64,000 nt of DNA from Ptychomitrium polyphyllum (taxonomy: Eukaryota): assembly GCA_973851085.1 (NCBI GenBank), contig OZ316775.1:6944001-7008000 (forward strand), given 5' to 3'. Positions 40,201-54,819 of this stretch are shown here, in pieces (within the stretch, counting starts at the first letter, position 1; every line of letters begins with the position of its first letter). A program made the translations under genes and the position numbers. The notes under the pieces are model-generated. The model saw only the letters and a program-made list of their open reading frames with translations, was not told the DNA's origin and ran no database searches.

Positions 40201-43200
40201 AGATTTAAAATTAAATGTATTTCAATCATAAAAAAATATTTTTCATCTAATGATTAGGCCTTCTCATGTCATTAACAATATAATTTATGAAGATTGTATC
40301 TTTTATTTAATTTATAAGCTTAATACTAAGTAAAAATTTAGTCTTGGAAAATTAAAAAACTTTATAGTGGTTTGTTTATTGTTTAATAGAAATTAATGTG
40401 GAGCTATGAATATGCCTAATATATTGGAATTCAAATATTGGCAAATTTGAGCAAAAGCTTTGGAATATTAAAAGTGCCTCATGGGGTGGTACTTAGACAA
40501 GTCAATATCCATCTATGATATTGATATTTCAAGATGATTGATATTCAAGGTCAATGCTACATTAATCATTTGAATTGAGCCATATATTTATTGTTGGATA
40601 TTCCATAGATGTTGCCTTTAATAAACCTTCTTTTTCTAATGACCAATTTGAAAAGAAAAAAAATGGTGTCTTTAATTAAAGATACTTTAAAAGTCATAAT
40701 AGTGTTATTTGATATAGCAAAGGTTTTAAAAAATCTTGCACTTAGTTAAGAAAATGAATAAATTTTTTATTTATAAAGCTATAAATTTTAAATCATGATT
40801 TAATCTAGTCTCATTTTATTTACTCTTCATTAATCTACTTGGAATAAACTTATATAGGTGAGTTTGAACATGAAAAAAGACTGATTATTTAAGATTTACC
40901 AATTAAGATCACATAATTAATTGTCATTTGATTGGTTGAAATCAAGAATTACATAAAGACATCCAAAGATGCTACAATGTCTTCAACATCCTATCAACCC
41001 TTCTTCAATTAAGTCAAATATTAAAAGCGGTCATCTTGTCTTCTTTAATTCTCTCATTTCATTATTTATTTATTTTTCTAATTTAATAACGTATCATGTA
41101 ATATTGCATTGTTTTAACAGACTGCATATACTTGCTCAATATTCCAATCACTAGAATTAAATCTTCACTTGAAAAATTCAATAATTGATTATTAAACTTA
41201 GTTTTATATACTTTATTATTTCTCCAATTCTTGGCTTTCTAATCTGTCAATTATAACTTTACAATCAAACATTCAATTCTTCACTTTATAGTGTATAAAT
41301 CCAATTTCTCTTTTATTATATTATAGTACTCTCAATTTACAATGTTCAATCATCAAAATAGATTCCAATCTCTTAATTATAGTTCTATCACAAAAAAATA
41401 AAATAAAAAATAGCACCAAGCTTGCCCCGCCTTGAGATTCTCATAGTCTGGCCTTTTTTTCTTCCACTGTACTAAACTTATACTCAAAACTAAAATACCA
41501 ACCATCACCAATCCTACCCTTTTGTCTTTCACTTAATCACCCATTCTATCTTTTAAACTATTCATCCAATAAACTATCAATTCATTTTACCATTATTTAA
41601 CCTGTATTCTACAATCTATAATTTCTACCCATTTTACACTTGTTTATATGTAATTCAAAAGTAAAAGTGGTGGAATAAATAAAGCTTTGCAATATATGAA
41701 TCAATAATGTATTAAAATGGCAAGTGTGTATTGTGAAATCACTTGTTTATTGAATATAAGGATTATTATGCTTGCTATATTCAAAAAATTGTTTTAATTT
41801 TAGAGCTATTACTATTTCTTACTTACATTGTTCAAAATTGGTTTGAGAATACATTATTTAGGCTTTCAATTAAAGTATTGCAGCTCTTTGAAACACCAAT
41901 AGAGGTATTTTATGTACCAAGAGCCTAAATTTCTTAAGGAATTTCAAACCTTATATTAAAAAGCAATGATTAACCATAGAATAATATCCAAGAGTCATTT
42001 TTTAAAAACAATTTGATAGAGCACATTAAAAGACTAAATGTTGTTATGAGCTATTAAAAAGAATATTTGCATTTTAATTAGCATACATGATCTAAAGTCA
42101 TTAGCAACAATTTATAAACAACATACAAAGTTATACAAATAAATGAACAAATAAAAGTTAAAAATTTATTATTGCATAAGTACTTTTGTAATATACTACC
42201 ATTTAAAAAGGTGATTGCAAATTATATAAGTAATAGCTTTTGTCAAGAAATATTGTCTATTTATAAAAAACAACACCACTTAGTTTGGATGTAATAGGAA
42301 AGAAAATTATTCTCCATATGCCAAAGATTGTAATGTCAAAAGTGTTGTTATGAAAGGATTGCAATAAAAGAATCAATGTACAGCTATACATCCTATCATT
42401 TGCCACATATTGATGGTAGAACTAATACCAAGTTGTCATAAGTTTGATTTATACTTAAGTATGTGTTGTATGGAAGTTCTCAAGGTGTTGCCATAACAAT
42501 TCTATGTAATATGTGTTTATGTAGAATAAAACATTGTATGCTTAAATCTACACCTAAAAAAATTCCAATTAGTGAATGGTTATATCTTAGGTATATCACA
42601 AATGATAGGCTTGAATCAACTTTGCTTAATTGATTGATCAAAACATTTTTGAATTTGCAACAAGTATTAGCATTAATATGAGTTTATTGGCCATATAAGG
42701 GCAATCCCGCATTATGGCAAAATTTACAATAACATTTCGAATACAAATGATGGTTATAGCTTTAATTCTTTTTTATATCATATAAATTTTTTTTTTTGAA
42801 ATTTGCCGTAGTGAAGTAGACCTAAACATAAATAAAGAGAGGATTTTTTGTACACCAATTATATCATACACATGTTAAGTCTTGACTATTTCTTTCTTTA
42901 TATAAAATCTTTTATTGTCTAACATTGACATATATGATAATATATTTTTTGCATGTTACTTATTACATGTTTGATGTTGTATTTACACTATTATTTACAT
43001 GATTTAAAAGTATATTGCTAAAACATGCATTCCAACCACATTATATAGTATTCTTTTAAATAAAAGAACCAACATATTGTCAAACATTTTTTTGGTAAAG
43101 AGTGCTTTTAAAGTAGGCCGTTTTAATTTTTCTTAAACTAGAAGTATTACAGAGTAGCATATATAAATTTTACTGGTTTTTAAATAAATAATCATATTTA

Positions 43201-44139
43201 CATATTATGAATCTTTCTTAGCAGATGCATAAGACATTGAGTGGATGTTTATCATTTACAAAATGTGCACAATACAAGTGTGCACATTATTACACAAAAG
43301 ACATTACAACGACTTCAACATAGACCACAGTTATGAAACACAAAACAAAACAATCATCTATGCACACGGATCATCTTCTAAATAGTGCAAAACGTGTAAG
43401 GGTCCAACACATATGTAAGTATGTCCGAAACTGCCTACTGCAAACATGATCAATGAAAATGAAAACTGAAAAGGTAGATAGAATCAGATATTTTAAAGGA
43501 AGACAAGAAAGACACGAAAGAAAAGGAAGCAGAATGGAACCAAACAAACGATTTGCCCTCATGCGAAAAGCACAGACCGAGTAGAGAAATGACATTGCAA
43601 CGACTACATAGAAGTGCAAAATGCGTGAAGCTGGAGAGCTCACTGCTCAATATTACGAAGTATGGCAACTTGCGGGACGCAGGGCTATTATGGACCGCAA
43701 ACGTTACAAAGGAAATGTAAAACCGAGGGCTGCACTGCTCAGCGATGGACGCGACTGTAGCCGTGGCTCCAGAATGGCAACGCACACTCGTCGCAGTGAT
43801 GAACACTGGGAGGCGCAGTGCTGCGTGGCTACTTGCGCCATGGCATTGAGGACCTGACATTCTAGGATAGTGTTCAGAGGAACCACAACTAAGGACGATC
43901 ACTACATTGGAGATGACATGCTGGGTGGATGAGACAGAGTGGGGCGGTGCGACGTCTCTGGAGGATTTTATGCACGATCGGACTATTAACAAAGCGCGTC
44001 GCCATGTGTTTCCGGCTTGCACAGGAAAACTGCAAGGTGATTGACCAGAAACGAAAGTAAGAGCTAAAGCGACACTAAGAACTCTTCGGCGGCAGCTCTG
44101 CTGCAGAAGGAATGGTGGCGCTACTCACAAGTGACGGCC

Positions 44140-44553
<414 letters not shown>

Positions 44554-44670
44554 TCAACCTCAAATTGCAGTGAAAATCTAAGTACAGGAGCAGAGTAGCG
44601 TTCGTTGTCACAAGAATGCTGGGATAGCTAGAGAAGTTGGGAGTGGATCAACCTGGGGCGAAGGGGCGAG

Positions 44671-44780
44671 CATTATATGGGTTGAATGACAAGGACGCTT
44701 GAGCTTGTTCTCCACGGCTGGAGATTGAAAATATGGCGGGAAGCTCTTCCCGCGCTCTCAGATGTCTGTTTAACGGCACA
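44671..44780 (-). promoter_or_regulatory. Histone H3 promoter: TATA-like box and an inverted pair of E2F-like sites
   Basis: CCATATAATG on the minus strand at 44671-44680. GCGGGAAG-CT-CTTCCCGC inverted repeat at 44736-44753. AACGG (MSA-like core) near 44772. Confidence 0.5.
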
Positions 44781-45513
44781 ACACCAGGTTAGGGTTTGAA
44801 TAATTGTATTGACAGGGTGACGAAAGTCGTTCAATTTCTGAGATTTTGTTTATCATCGTCGACGACGGATAAGAGTTCGACTTTCCGAACTTCGTGTGAA
44901 GCCTAACGAACGTCACGGTGATGAAGGTTCATTGTTCATTTCTCTTCATCAACGGCGTAAATTCATGATTTGTTCTGTTTTTGTGATCGCACACACCCTA
45001 ATTCATAAGTTGGATTTGTCATCGTCTGCGCCTTCGTTGCTTGTTCCATTAAGAAGCGAGAGGATTTTGCTCCCGCCAAGAGGCCTCAGTCAAATCATAA
45101 CGCCGTATCTGAAGAAGGTACATTTGTCTGTTTTTGTTACATGGACGTAATGTTGACACGTTCTGCATTGAATTGCTAACGTAATCATATTGCGTTGTTA
45201 GATGAAGAGCAGGATTGCTGATTACGGAAGTTAGATGGCGGGAATGGATGCTTCTATCTCGTTACCATTCTATCAACGGATCGTGAACATCTGCTACACA
45301 GAAGGAAGGCTTGTGCACATGCAGGTCGGATTGACATTTTGATTTTCACATCATCAAGTTTTTGCTACTAAAATACATCTCTCAGAATTGTCGTGGCCCT
45401 TTAAAATTGTTTCTCAACGTGAACAACCGATATTTAAAAGACAACAATGAGATCATTCATACTTTGCTTTCAACACAACCGGGACTACTCAGTGGTTGTC
45501 AAGGTTGATGCAG

Positions 45514-48500
45514 TTATCTTCTGGAAACCATCATAATTTGTTCACATTGAGTGCTTCTTATCCAGTTCAAGACTTGCTTAATCGCCTCACTGTTAGCAGA
45601 AAAGATCCTGCAATGCAAGATAACGAGTAAATGCTCAGTGGAATTCTCGTAAGAACCAAAGTACTACAAACGATGTGTTTAAGTATGAGAAATGCAACCA
45701 CATCAAAGTACTTGGAGCATATCAGTATCGTTCACAAATCAATCCACTCACCTATTTTGAGTTCGGTACACCTTCAAGAGTCTCTCTTCCGTGTAACTAG
45801 AATCTTTAGTAGCAGCACTCGCCTCCTTCAGGCCAACGTTCACCACTTCGCTAGGCCTCTCATACTCTTTCGCTAAGGCATCCACCACCACTTCCTGAAA
45901 GAGCAACAAATTCAGCTTTTATATCCCAGATGGTGCCATCATGAGGTTCTAGTGGCCACAATTCATATTCATTTCTACTGCGCTGACGCTTGTGCACCAT
46001 AAGTAGATGGAAACAGAATTCGCATTGTTCTAGAGCATCTTCTGCACAACTACAAATTGCAACCAATCTAGGTTATCAATGAGATTTTGAAGCCTATCTT
46101 GTTTATTAGAACTCAAGATATCTAGCTCTGCTTCTCTGCAATAAAGAACACCTTTCAAATACAGCATAGAAATAAAATGATGTATCACTTACGAGAGGCT
46201 GAGTGGCATCCGTCCAGTTGAACAACTGCTCACTTTGGCCTTTATTTCGAAACCATGTTATCTGCCTTTTCACATAATTCCTGCTATCCATAGAGCCATT
46301 AAAGGGTGATTTAGTAGCTGATCACTTGCTTCACCTTTCCAGATAAACACAACCTGAAACTATGCAGGACAAAGATAGGAGACCTAGAGGCTCGTTGAAA
46401 TTCTTCTAAGAAAATTAAGAACCGCTCCTCTGTGGTCAAGCCCTCCACTTCACGACACTCCAGCAAAAACTCCATAGCCTGCAGTACTCCAGGGAACAGT
46501 CAGCAGGTGCCAACTATTTAATTGCTTCTGCCTAAAAAACTGACAGGAAGAGAAAGCTGGAACCGGAATATGCATGACAAGTGCTACTGGTGGACAACAG
46601 CACCTCAGACTACATGACATAACATAACACAAGCGGACATCCAAAACAAGAAAGCGTTTAAAACCTTTATATATTCCCAACTCAGAAATAAAGCGTACCA
46701 ATTGATAGCCAATGGATCTTGTAGCTGAATTAGAACTGGGCTGAAGGCCAGCATTCAGCAATGACGAGGCTTCCTCCAGCAGGCCCTCTGGAAGACCGAT
46801 GGACAATTTCTCACGCTGATATCTTAAACGTCTTAAGACAGGAAGGAAATCAACTTTTTATGCACAATGCTGAGAGATGCTCCAAATCTTTGTACGAAGA
46901 TCACCAAGAATTACTGAAAGGCGATGATTGAGGGAGAACTTCTAAGCCCATTATCCGAAATGCTGATGATAATTGCAACAGAATGTTATAAAAAAAATCA
47001 AATACTCATCAAAACACATAAAAGTAACCAACTATGACGTTTCATACCTTGGACCATCTGCTCACATCGTTGGTCTATCTTTCGGTAAAGATCCGGACGA
47101 GGTTGATAAAGAAAGTAACATTGAAAATCATAATCCCAGTTTGCAACTTCGATCGTATTATCTTTATCGTCATTTCTTGACTTCGAAAAAGCACTTTTAG
47201 GCTGGCCTGATGTCTGCCGCACAACCCCAAAAATATACATGAAAAAGTTAACCTATGATGGTACTCATTTGAAAACGTCGAGTAAGCAAGACCCAACTTA
47301 GTGATTGTCAGGGTTATTCTTTCCGACTTTAGACAACTCAGCCAGGACTCTAAAAAGTTCTCACGATTAGAAAGCATGTCTGCGTAAGAGACGCGCAGTA
47401 GAACCCTCACCACAACTTTAAAGCCCCGTACCTTGATAATCTCAAGAGCCCGACGCAGTCTGTACCAGTCATTTCGGGTCAAGCTTGGACCGGTGGTCAG
47501 GTCACCAGCCTCTGCAAGCATACGCAGGCCGCCATCCCATCCACCACCTTCGCTGATCAACCGGTTAACTTCTTCCTCGACTGCTGTATATACTTCCTTT
47601 GTGGCCTTTGGAGCTCCTACCTTTCCGTTCATGTACCTGTGCTACCAAGCGTAGAACTGTGTTACTATCGAAAACTAACGGGACCCAGGACAGCCAAGTA
47701 CTCCAAGTCTTGTTCTTTAAAATTAGGAGAAACACTAGTTGAATATTTAACTACAGTAAAGAGCCATTAATTTCAGTCAATAGTGTCCAAGGTGCGCATT
47801 TACAAAAACCAAGCCTCCAATGCAATAAGCTTGTTGAATGGACTTCATGAACCCTAACTCTAATTCACAGATAACTTCAAAAAGAACTGCATGCTATCTG
47901 ATGAAGAAACATAATAGACACAAACCTAACTAAGAATAAACCTCCAACGTGCGAATTTTTTATAGGAAATTCGAAAAGCTTACCAGCGTAAATACATGCC
48001 TGTTCCCCCAACAATAATGGGAACAGACCTTTTAGACAGAACCAACTCTGTGGCTGCCCTTGCATCATCATAAAAATATCCAGCGGTGTAGTCTGCAACC
48101 ATAAGCTGACCGCTCTTATTATGATCTTGGACAAAGACGGAAAGTGTACATATGAAACAAAGTAGACACATTCGAATGCGAGACAACAGAACAAATTTGG
48201 TTTCGAGTGGTGACTTAGTGGGTAGTCTCGTAAAAGATTGTCTGATAGAGCATATGTAATTTTACAATAATTCAGAGAACAGAAGAGAATCTATGATGTG
48301 TATGCTATGTTATGATCGAAATGACTTAGATCAAATATTCATAAAAACAAGAAAAGAAACCTAAACCCTAAATTTCTTGCAGTATGAAAAACCTTGAGAG
48401 GAATCCACGATGTCAATTAGGTGATGTGGAATTCCCTGCATTACAGAAGAAGAGTCGAGTAAGGACAACCGAACAGCGCCTACAATGATGCCTCACAGAA

Positions 48501-49632
48501 ATTCTGGAGGTTGCTTGACTAAGCATACATCACCTTGCAACTTGCATTGCGCATACCAACAAACGAGTACAACAAAGCACACTAACCTACTTCGAACACA
48601 TTCGAGTCAAAAGCAAGAAAGCGTTACCTCGCGCTCATGAATCGGTGTCTTCGCACTGCCAACATCTAGACTCCTGTATACCTGCAATTTCAGAATGTTA
48701 GAATATTAGGTTATGTAGCCAAGATGAAGAATAATGTTCCAAGCAACATTATGTGACTTAGATGGCCCCTACAGCAGCAAATCGTGATTCAGATAACGAC
48801 CGTCAAGGTGCACTATAGCTTCTACCAAGCAATGACCACACAAAGCACACTGGCTAAATCCTCTCCTCCTTAAACCCTAAACCCTACACTCCGTGAACGT
48901 GTTTCATCTGTCCTTCGTAAACAAGACTTGAATGCGCTTCAACCTAACATGTTCTTCAAACCGAGATCATAGCACGATCACTCGAGATTCAAACAGAAAA
49001 AGAGAAGGCTACTAAAAGAAAAGAAAAATTGCAAAGATTGCCACCAAATCCGCAGCCACGCCAGGTAACCAACTTCTAGAGGCTCAGTGCACGACGAGGT
49101 ATGGTTCTACGCGGGTAGAAGAAAGGAATGGGAAATTGACACAAACCTGGACCGAGTCAGCACTGATAATCTCTCCACCAAGGCGTTTAGCCAGCGCCAG
49201 CGCCAGACGGGTCTTGCCCACTCCAGTCGGACCAGCGATGATTATGACCCTTCCCAATCGATCCTTAACCTCCTTATCTTCGGCGTTCTCTTCTGCCATC
49301 GTCGAATTCTCCCCCGACGCTATCTCCGGGCTTGTCTCACTGATACACACTCCTTCAAAGTTGTTCATTGAGCCAGCCCTCCATGTCCGACCAACTCTCG
49401 AATTCAGCGCTCCACCTTTATCATACAACGCGGTGCTTGGTCCGATTGTAGAGAACGAGAGACGACTTCGTGAGAAATTCCTAAACGACGTCGCATATGA
49501 TCGGAACTTTCCGGGATAATTGAAGCGTGTCGGGGGAGAGGTTTGTGCAGCGGAAGAGGAAGACACGCTACGAACGAGCTTCAACCCGCCAGTGCACGTG
49601 CACAGGCAGGCGTGCACATGGTGTGTCAACAT
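45514..49632 (-). CDS. IPT: tRNA isopentenyltransferase (dimethylallyltransferase), prokaryote-like IPT9/MiaA type, with probable organellar transit peptide
   Basis: 11 phase-consistent exons: 49632-49147, 48681-48628, 48435-48393, 48092-47984, 47636-47432, 47213-47048, 46787-46699, 46478-46384, 46280-46193, 45894-45752, 45607-45514. Motifs: [70 protein letters not shown]. Ser/Arg-rich N-terminus. The start codon is uncertain. Confidence 0.93.
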
Positions 49633-51053
49633 GTAAGCCGACCGCACCTCGCAACTACATTCCCCATACAAGCAAACGTGCTAAGCTCCACCAGGACCTC
49701 ACTTGCTCCTCAGCGTCTGTGACCTAATTATCGTAAAACCCCAAAATAGCTTCGATTCTCGCTACTTGGACATTTGAACTATGTCCATCACATTCCTAGT
49801 GTGCAGAGATTCGGAATTGTGTTGGGCATCCTTCTATCGATAAGGCTCTAGAGATTATATGCTTAAATTCGGATTTGTTTCATTTGGCATTGTGCCACGA
49901 CAAACCCGCTTATAAACCCTAACCTTGGCGACACCTTGAGCTTGTACTGGTGCGAAATGAAGACTCTAGTGGCATTGATCCTTCCCTGTTCTGAAAACCA
50001 GATAAAGTGTCCCAACATCGATCGGGAGTCAAGTTGCCGACGTTCTCGCTCATGTGTTAATGAAAGTTCTAGAGAGTTCTACATGTGAGTACAATCAGAG
50101 CAGCATTAAGTTACACCTTCGTCATCTCCCAGTGGTTGGCAAAAGCGATTGATACATAAGGAAAACTAATTTACGCAAGGAAAGACTTGCGTCAGCATAA
50201 CTTATCATCGGAGCTAAACATGCTTGTGTGATTCAAAGGTTGGCACTGACGTCGTGAAAAGCAACTTGAGAAGAAGCCTAGAGGGGATTGAAAATTTATA
50301 ATGTTAAGCGTATAGGCTGAGTAGCAATGCTAAGAAACGTGATCAACCCCTAGTTTCGTTTGAAATCGACTCGGGCTTGGAAAATTCATGAAGACAGAGT
50401 GCTTTAAAATGGAGTTCGATCGAAAGATCGATCAAACCATTTGCCGCAGTTTCCAAACAGGTGAGACATGTACTCCAGACAGCGGCACTTGATCGATGGC
50501 CGTCGATGGAGCATCCGAAGGTACTTGCCTTGCAACTGGGAAACTCAACGCTAATTTTTGGTAACGATATTCAGAAAAGCCTCCATCGACAGTTCACCTC
50601 GATTTCCAACTACTTGAAGCTTGATTCTCTGTGGATTCTCACGAGCCGGTAATTCATGTTCGAGTGCATTCATTTGAGCCACTGCAAAGTCTGGAAGGCA
50701 ATAACCATAAAAGAGCTACTGTAATGACGGTCCCAGAAGCTGCAGCACACTCGAGGTATCAGGAATCGAGTGCCCAGAAAGTAAATGTGTGAACACATCT
50801 TTTTGTAGTACATGGAGAAACTGAAGCACACTGCGGTGCAACAAGGTGCACTGAAGCTAGATCAGGTGAGACAACGTTAGACTACAACATGATATAACAG
50901 TATGCAGTCATTCACACTAGCAAAGACAACGTGATTGCAAAAAAGAAAAAGAAGACCGCTGGAAAGGATACAATTTGTTTCCTATTCCAGAACCTGATTG
51001 GTATCAAAAAAATAATGGATAGGCTAATATACAACAAATGTGCAGTTAGGATC

Positions 51054-52223
51054 TCAGCGAACTGCAAACGGCGATCTTCCTGCCATGGGCGATCTCACCT
51101 CTGCCATATCACTACCAGTACTAGCTAGATGCTCGTCAGCGTGAGGGTGAAGGGGGACCCGGCTAGTTTCAGGCTGCTGTTCTGATGACTTGCACATATA
51201 GTACAAGACACTAATCATAATAGCATCAAAGAGAAACAGAAACGAGTGCATACATACAAGCAATGGTGCTTCCCAGTACTTATCATTCGCCACCGATGCA
51301 TTTGTGTTTCGGATAATGTGAAACTCAAACAGAATATCCAGCAAAGTAGCATTCACATTGGTGACCAGGAATAGCAGCAGCGCCACCTCCGACCTGCCTC
51401 TGAGAAGATGGATGCTCTGCAAGAGAGCCGGTTTTCCGTGGAATCCTTCAAGTGCAGTCACCACATACGCGAGGTTGCACATCACGTTCGCATATGCCAA
51501 TCCCAAAGCTAGAGCCAGTCCAACCATAGTAGCAGCCAAGACACTGGCAGTGCCGAAGACGTTGGATGCTTTCCCGGCCCATGAGGCAAACCATAATAAT
51601 GTGGCAAACGCAGACGCAAAGATGAGGTACACCGAGCAGGTCCACATGAAAGTTTGCATCAGCAGTAACCAAATCTTTTGCAAGATGTCGACAACTTCCG
51701 ACAATTGGAGTCTCTTTCGCCCGTAGGTGCAGGCCACTACGTACGCCACGCCTGCCTTGAGGAGAGGAGAGAACAATGCTGAGAATGGAATGTCCACCAC
51801 ATTCGACATTATTATCTCTGCCAGTCTCCTGTACCCGGCTCGATGTGAATGTTGCTTAAATCTGTCCTCCGCGGCGTACTGCACCACTTTGACCAAATGA
51901 TTCATGAGTGGGAGTAAAAGCAGTACATGAGAGAGGAGAATTATCGATAGTGGAACTGCTAGGGCTAAACCCAGAGTCAGAAGGATAAGATCGTGCCTTC
52001 GGAGCAGCGTGGTCGATTCTTGCATTATGTCCAGAACCTGCATTGCGGGCTGAGTTTCATCGTACCCAGCCCACCGAGCACTCTCCAGCTTCGCTTGCTT
52101 GTCACGGTACGACATATACTCAAGAAGAAGTTCATCGTCAGAGTCTTCATGAGATTCCCGAGGTTCCTGAGGTTCCACAGTTTCGGCCATCCCGGGCTCC
52201 CTCGGCTCATGATGCCGATCCAT
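51054..52223 (-). CDS. Uncharacterised plant multi-pass membrane protein (about 389 aa, single coding exon)
   Basis: Long uninterrupted ORF from ATG 52223 (MDRHHEP...). About six hydrophobic segments and motifs ILQES-like (IMQESTTLL), NLAYVVTALEGFHGKPALLQSIHLLRGR and SVLYYMCK, resembling a conserved family of unknown plant membrane proteins. Confidence 0.8.
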   Translation of the reverse strand: MDRHHEPREPGMAETVEPQEPRESHEDSDDELLLEYMSYRDKQAKLESARWAGYDETQPAMQVLDIMQESTTLLRRHDLILLTLGLALAVPLSIILLSHVLLLLPLMNHLVKVVQYAAEDRFKQHSHRAGYRRLAEIIMSNVVDIPFSALFSPLLKAGVAYVVACTYGRKRLQLSEVVDILQKIWLLLMQTFMWTCSVYLIFASAFATLLWFASWAGKASNVFGTASVLAATMVGLALALGLAYANVMCNLAYVVTALEGFHGKPALLQSIHLLRGRSEVALLLFLVTNVNATLLDILFEFHIIRNTNASVANDKYWEAPLLVCMHSFLFLFDAIMISVLYYMCKSSEQQPETSRVPLHPHADEHLASTGSDMAEVRSPMAGRSPFAVR

Positions 52224-54819
52224 TGCCCTAACCCTTGTTGCCCTATGATTCAACCCTAAAGGCAAAGTAAGACCAATCTCAGCCGGATGGGAACCAATAA
52301 CTGCTCCCGCAAGACTGTATCATCTCTTGCTCGTAATAGAAAGATACTTAGAGCCAAAACCACATCCAAGAATCGCAAAACCTCCAATTCCAAAATGCAA
52401 GTCTAGGTGACGCTACTCATATGCTCCTGCTCCAGCCTGTCCAAGGTCAATAATTCAATAAAAGGAAATTTCAACACACCGCTTGCACAGCTCTTGCTTT
52501 TCCCTTCGATTCGCAACTCTCTTGCAGAATCAGAGGCGATGCTCGAGCCAAGAACGTGCGTCTGATCACCAAGGTTGTTTACCACATCGTAGTAGTCAAA
52601 AATCGCACCGATCTGTCGTTCTTGTCGTTTCTCCCCCACCCGGAGCTCGTCAAAACCTAGAACACTCTAACCACAGAAACCGAGATCGAATAAGAGCTCA
52701 ACACCACAATCCCCGCCTCTCTTTTCTCAACCGAATTCGATAGAAGGCCAACCATAGCCCACACCAACAGAAACAACATGAGCGAGCGCGAGAAAGAGCG
52801 AGGGAGAGGAAGAGGGAGTGGGAGGGGGAGGGGAGGACTCACCAAATGAGTGTCGGCCCCTGAAAGCAATAATGAGCAGCAGTAGGCAATGCACACTCCA
52901 TGCAATGCCAGAGAAAAGAGTCCACACGTCCACACTGCGCATCGCTCCCAACACCTTCCGTCCGCAGCGGTGGAAAGCCACGCAGCACAAAGCCGTAAGC
53001 AAGTGCGATGCAGAAAAGAGATGCAAGGCGAAGGCCCGCCCCTGCAGCTGCGCCCAAACCCCACGTCCCAAGCACAAGTCACCGGCACAGGGCGGGCAGC
53101 AGGGCAGCAGGGCGGGCCACCGGGGCAGGACAACGAGGGGGCAGGGCACGACGCGAGCATAGGGCCGAGACCGAAACGCAACCCCTTGCGTGCAGGGGTA
53201 TCACCGAGTAGGGAGACCGAGCGCCGCGCCGATTGAAAGCCTGCATACGGTTCTACACTGTAGGGTTCAGGACCATTTTTCCTGGCATAGTAAAATTTTC
53301 TTACACTATTCAGGTATTGCAAAAGTTTTATATAGGGTGCCAACATGTTCTTACCCGAGTAAACTGGATACCACCTAAGTATCAGTTCATAATAGTATGG
53401 CAACTTTTTACAATTGAATCTTTCTAAAATGTTTTTTTATACATGACAGTGCATATTTTATGGGGTGAAGTATCTTAAGTTCATCAAAACTGCACGTACA
53501 TCTTATTACTTACGATGGTTTACTTTGCCCAATTGATTTTTCTTCTAGTAGATATATGTGCAAACTTGAGGAAGGCATGTGCACGGCCTCCACCTAAGAT
53601 GGAAAGTGCATTGATTTCCTTAAGGGAAATATATAAAGGGCATTATATTTTCTTCAAATTCTCTAACAACTTTTTACTTAGAATCATACACCATGGTTTC
53701 ATAATAGAGTTTTTTTAAAGGATGGTTCATTCTACTTATCATTGACACAATAATCTTTGACAACCAAAGGAAATTTCATTACTAACAATAATTTTTTTGT
53801 TTAATTTGTGTACCAAAAAATTTAATATTTACCATACATGCTTTTAAGAAATTATAATTTGTTATAATCTTGGTAGATATTTGTATTAACTAAATCAAAA
53901 GCTACATGACAAAAACTGCATGGGCATTGGAATAATTGCAATTTGACATTATGCCTAGGAATATTTATAATAGGCATGGAACATAGTCTTGTCATTGTTG
54001 TTGTTTGTTGATTTCAAGGTTTAATACATCAAGCATTCAAACTTGCTTAGTTTATTGCAATTAATTTTAATTCAAATAGATCAACTTTTTTTAACCTTAA
54101 GTATCCATATATACTAAAGTATTCATTTTCATATTTCATTTAGACTTCCAATAAATAATTGGAAGCTTTTAGAAAGAAGCCATGTTTCAAAATTATGGAA
54201 ATAAGAAAGCTTGGTTTATAATATTAGGTGGTTTTGATGCACTTAAATTATTTTGGAACTTGCTTATAAAAATATACAACTTCAACTAAATTTGAATCAA
54301 ATTTTACACTTTTTAGTTATTGTTTCTATTACTATTAATACAATTGTTTTTATTTATTTAAATATGATGGAAGCATGTAATGCAAGCTACGTAGACCTTC
54401 CTCATGAATTAAATAGTGTTAGAATGTTTTGTTGCATTTTTCATTCTATATTGTTTAGTTTAAATAGCAATTATGCAACATTCAAATTCTGGTGTCAAAA
54501 TTTCTTCATTAAATTTTCTTATTAATCTTAAAAGAAGGAAAATTGATTTGTGAAAAAAATTAAGTACGTTTGGCAAGTAAATTAAATACAAAAAGATGGA
54601 TCTTTGTACAAAATCATTAAAATAAAAAATAAAAAGAGGTTAAATCAGAGTAAGGAAAATATTTACCTAGTGCACCATCGTTGATGAAATTTCTCTGTGA
54701 GGGGAATTATTTTTTTTCTTATAATTTAATTGAAAAGGGTATGAACAACAATTTTTGTTATTAAGTACAAAACTGCAAATATGAGGATAATGATCTAAAA
54801 TGTATAAATAATTTACACA

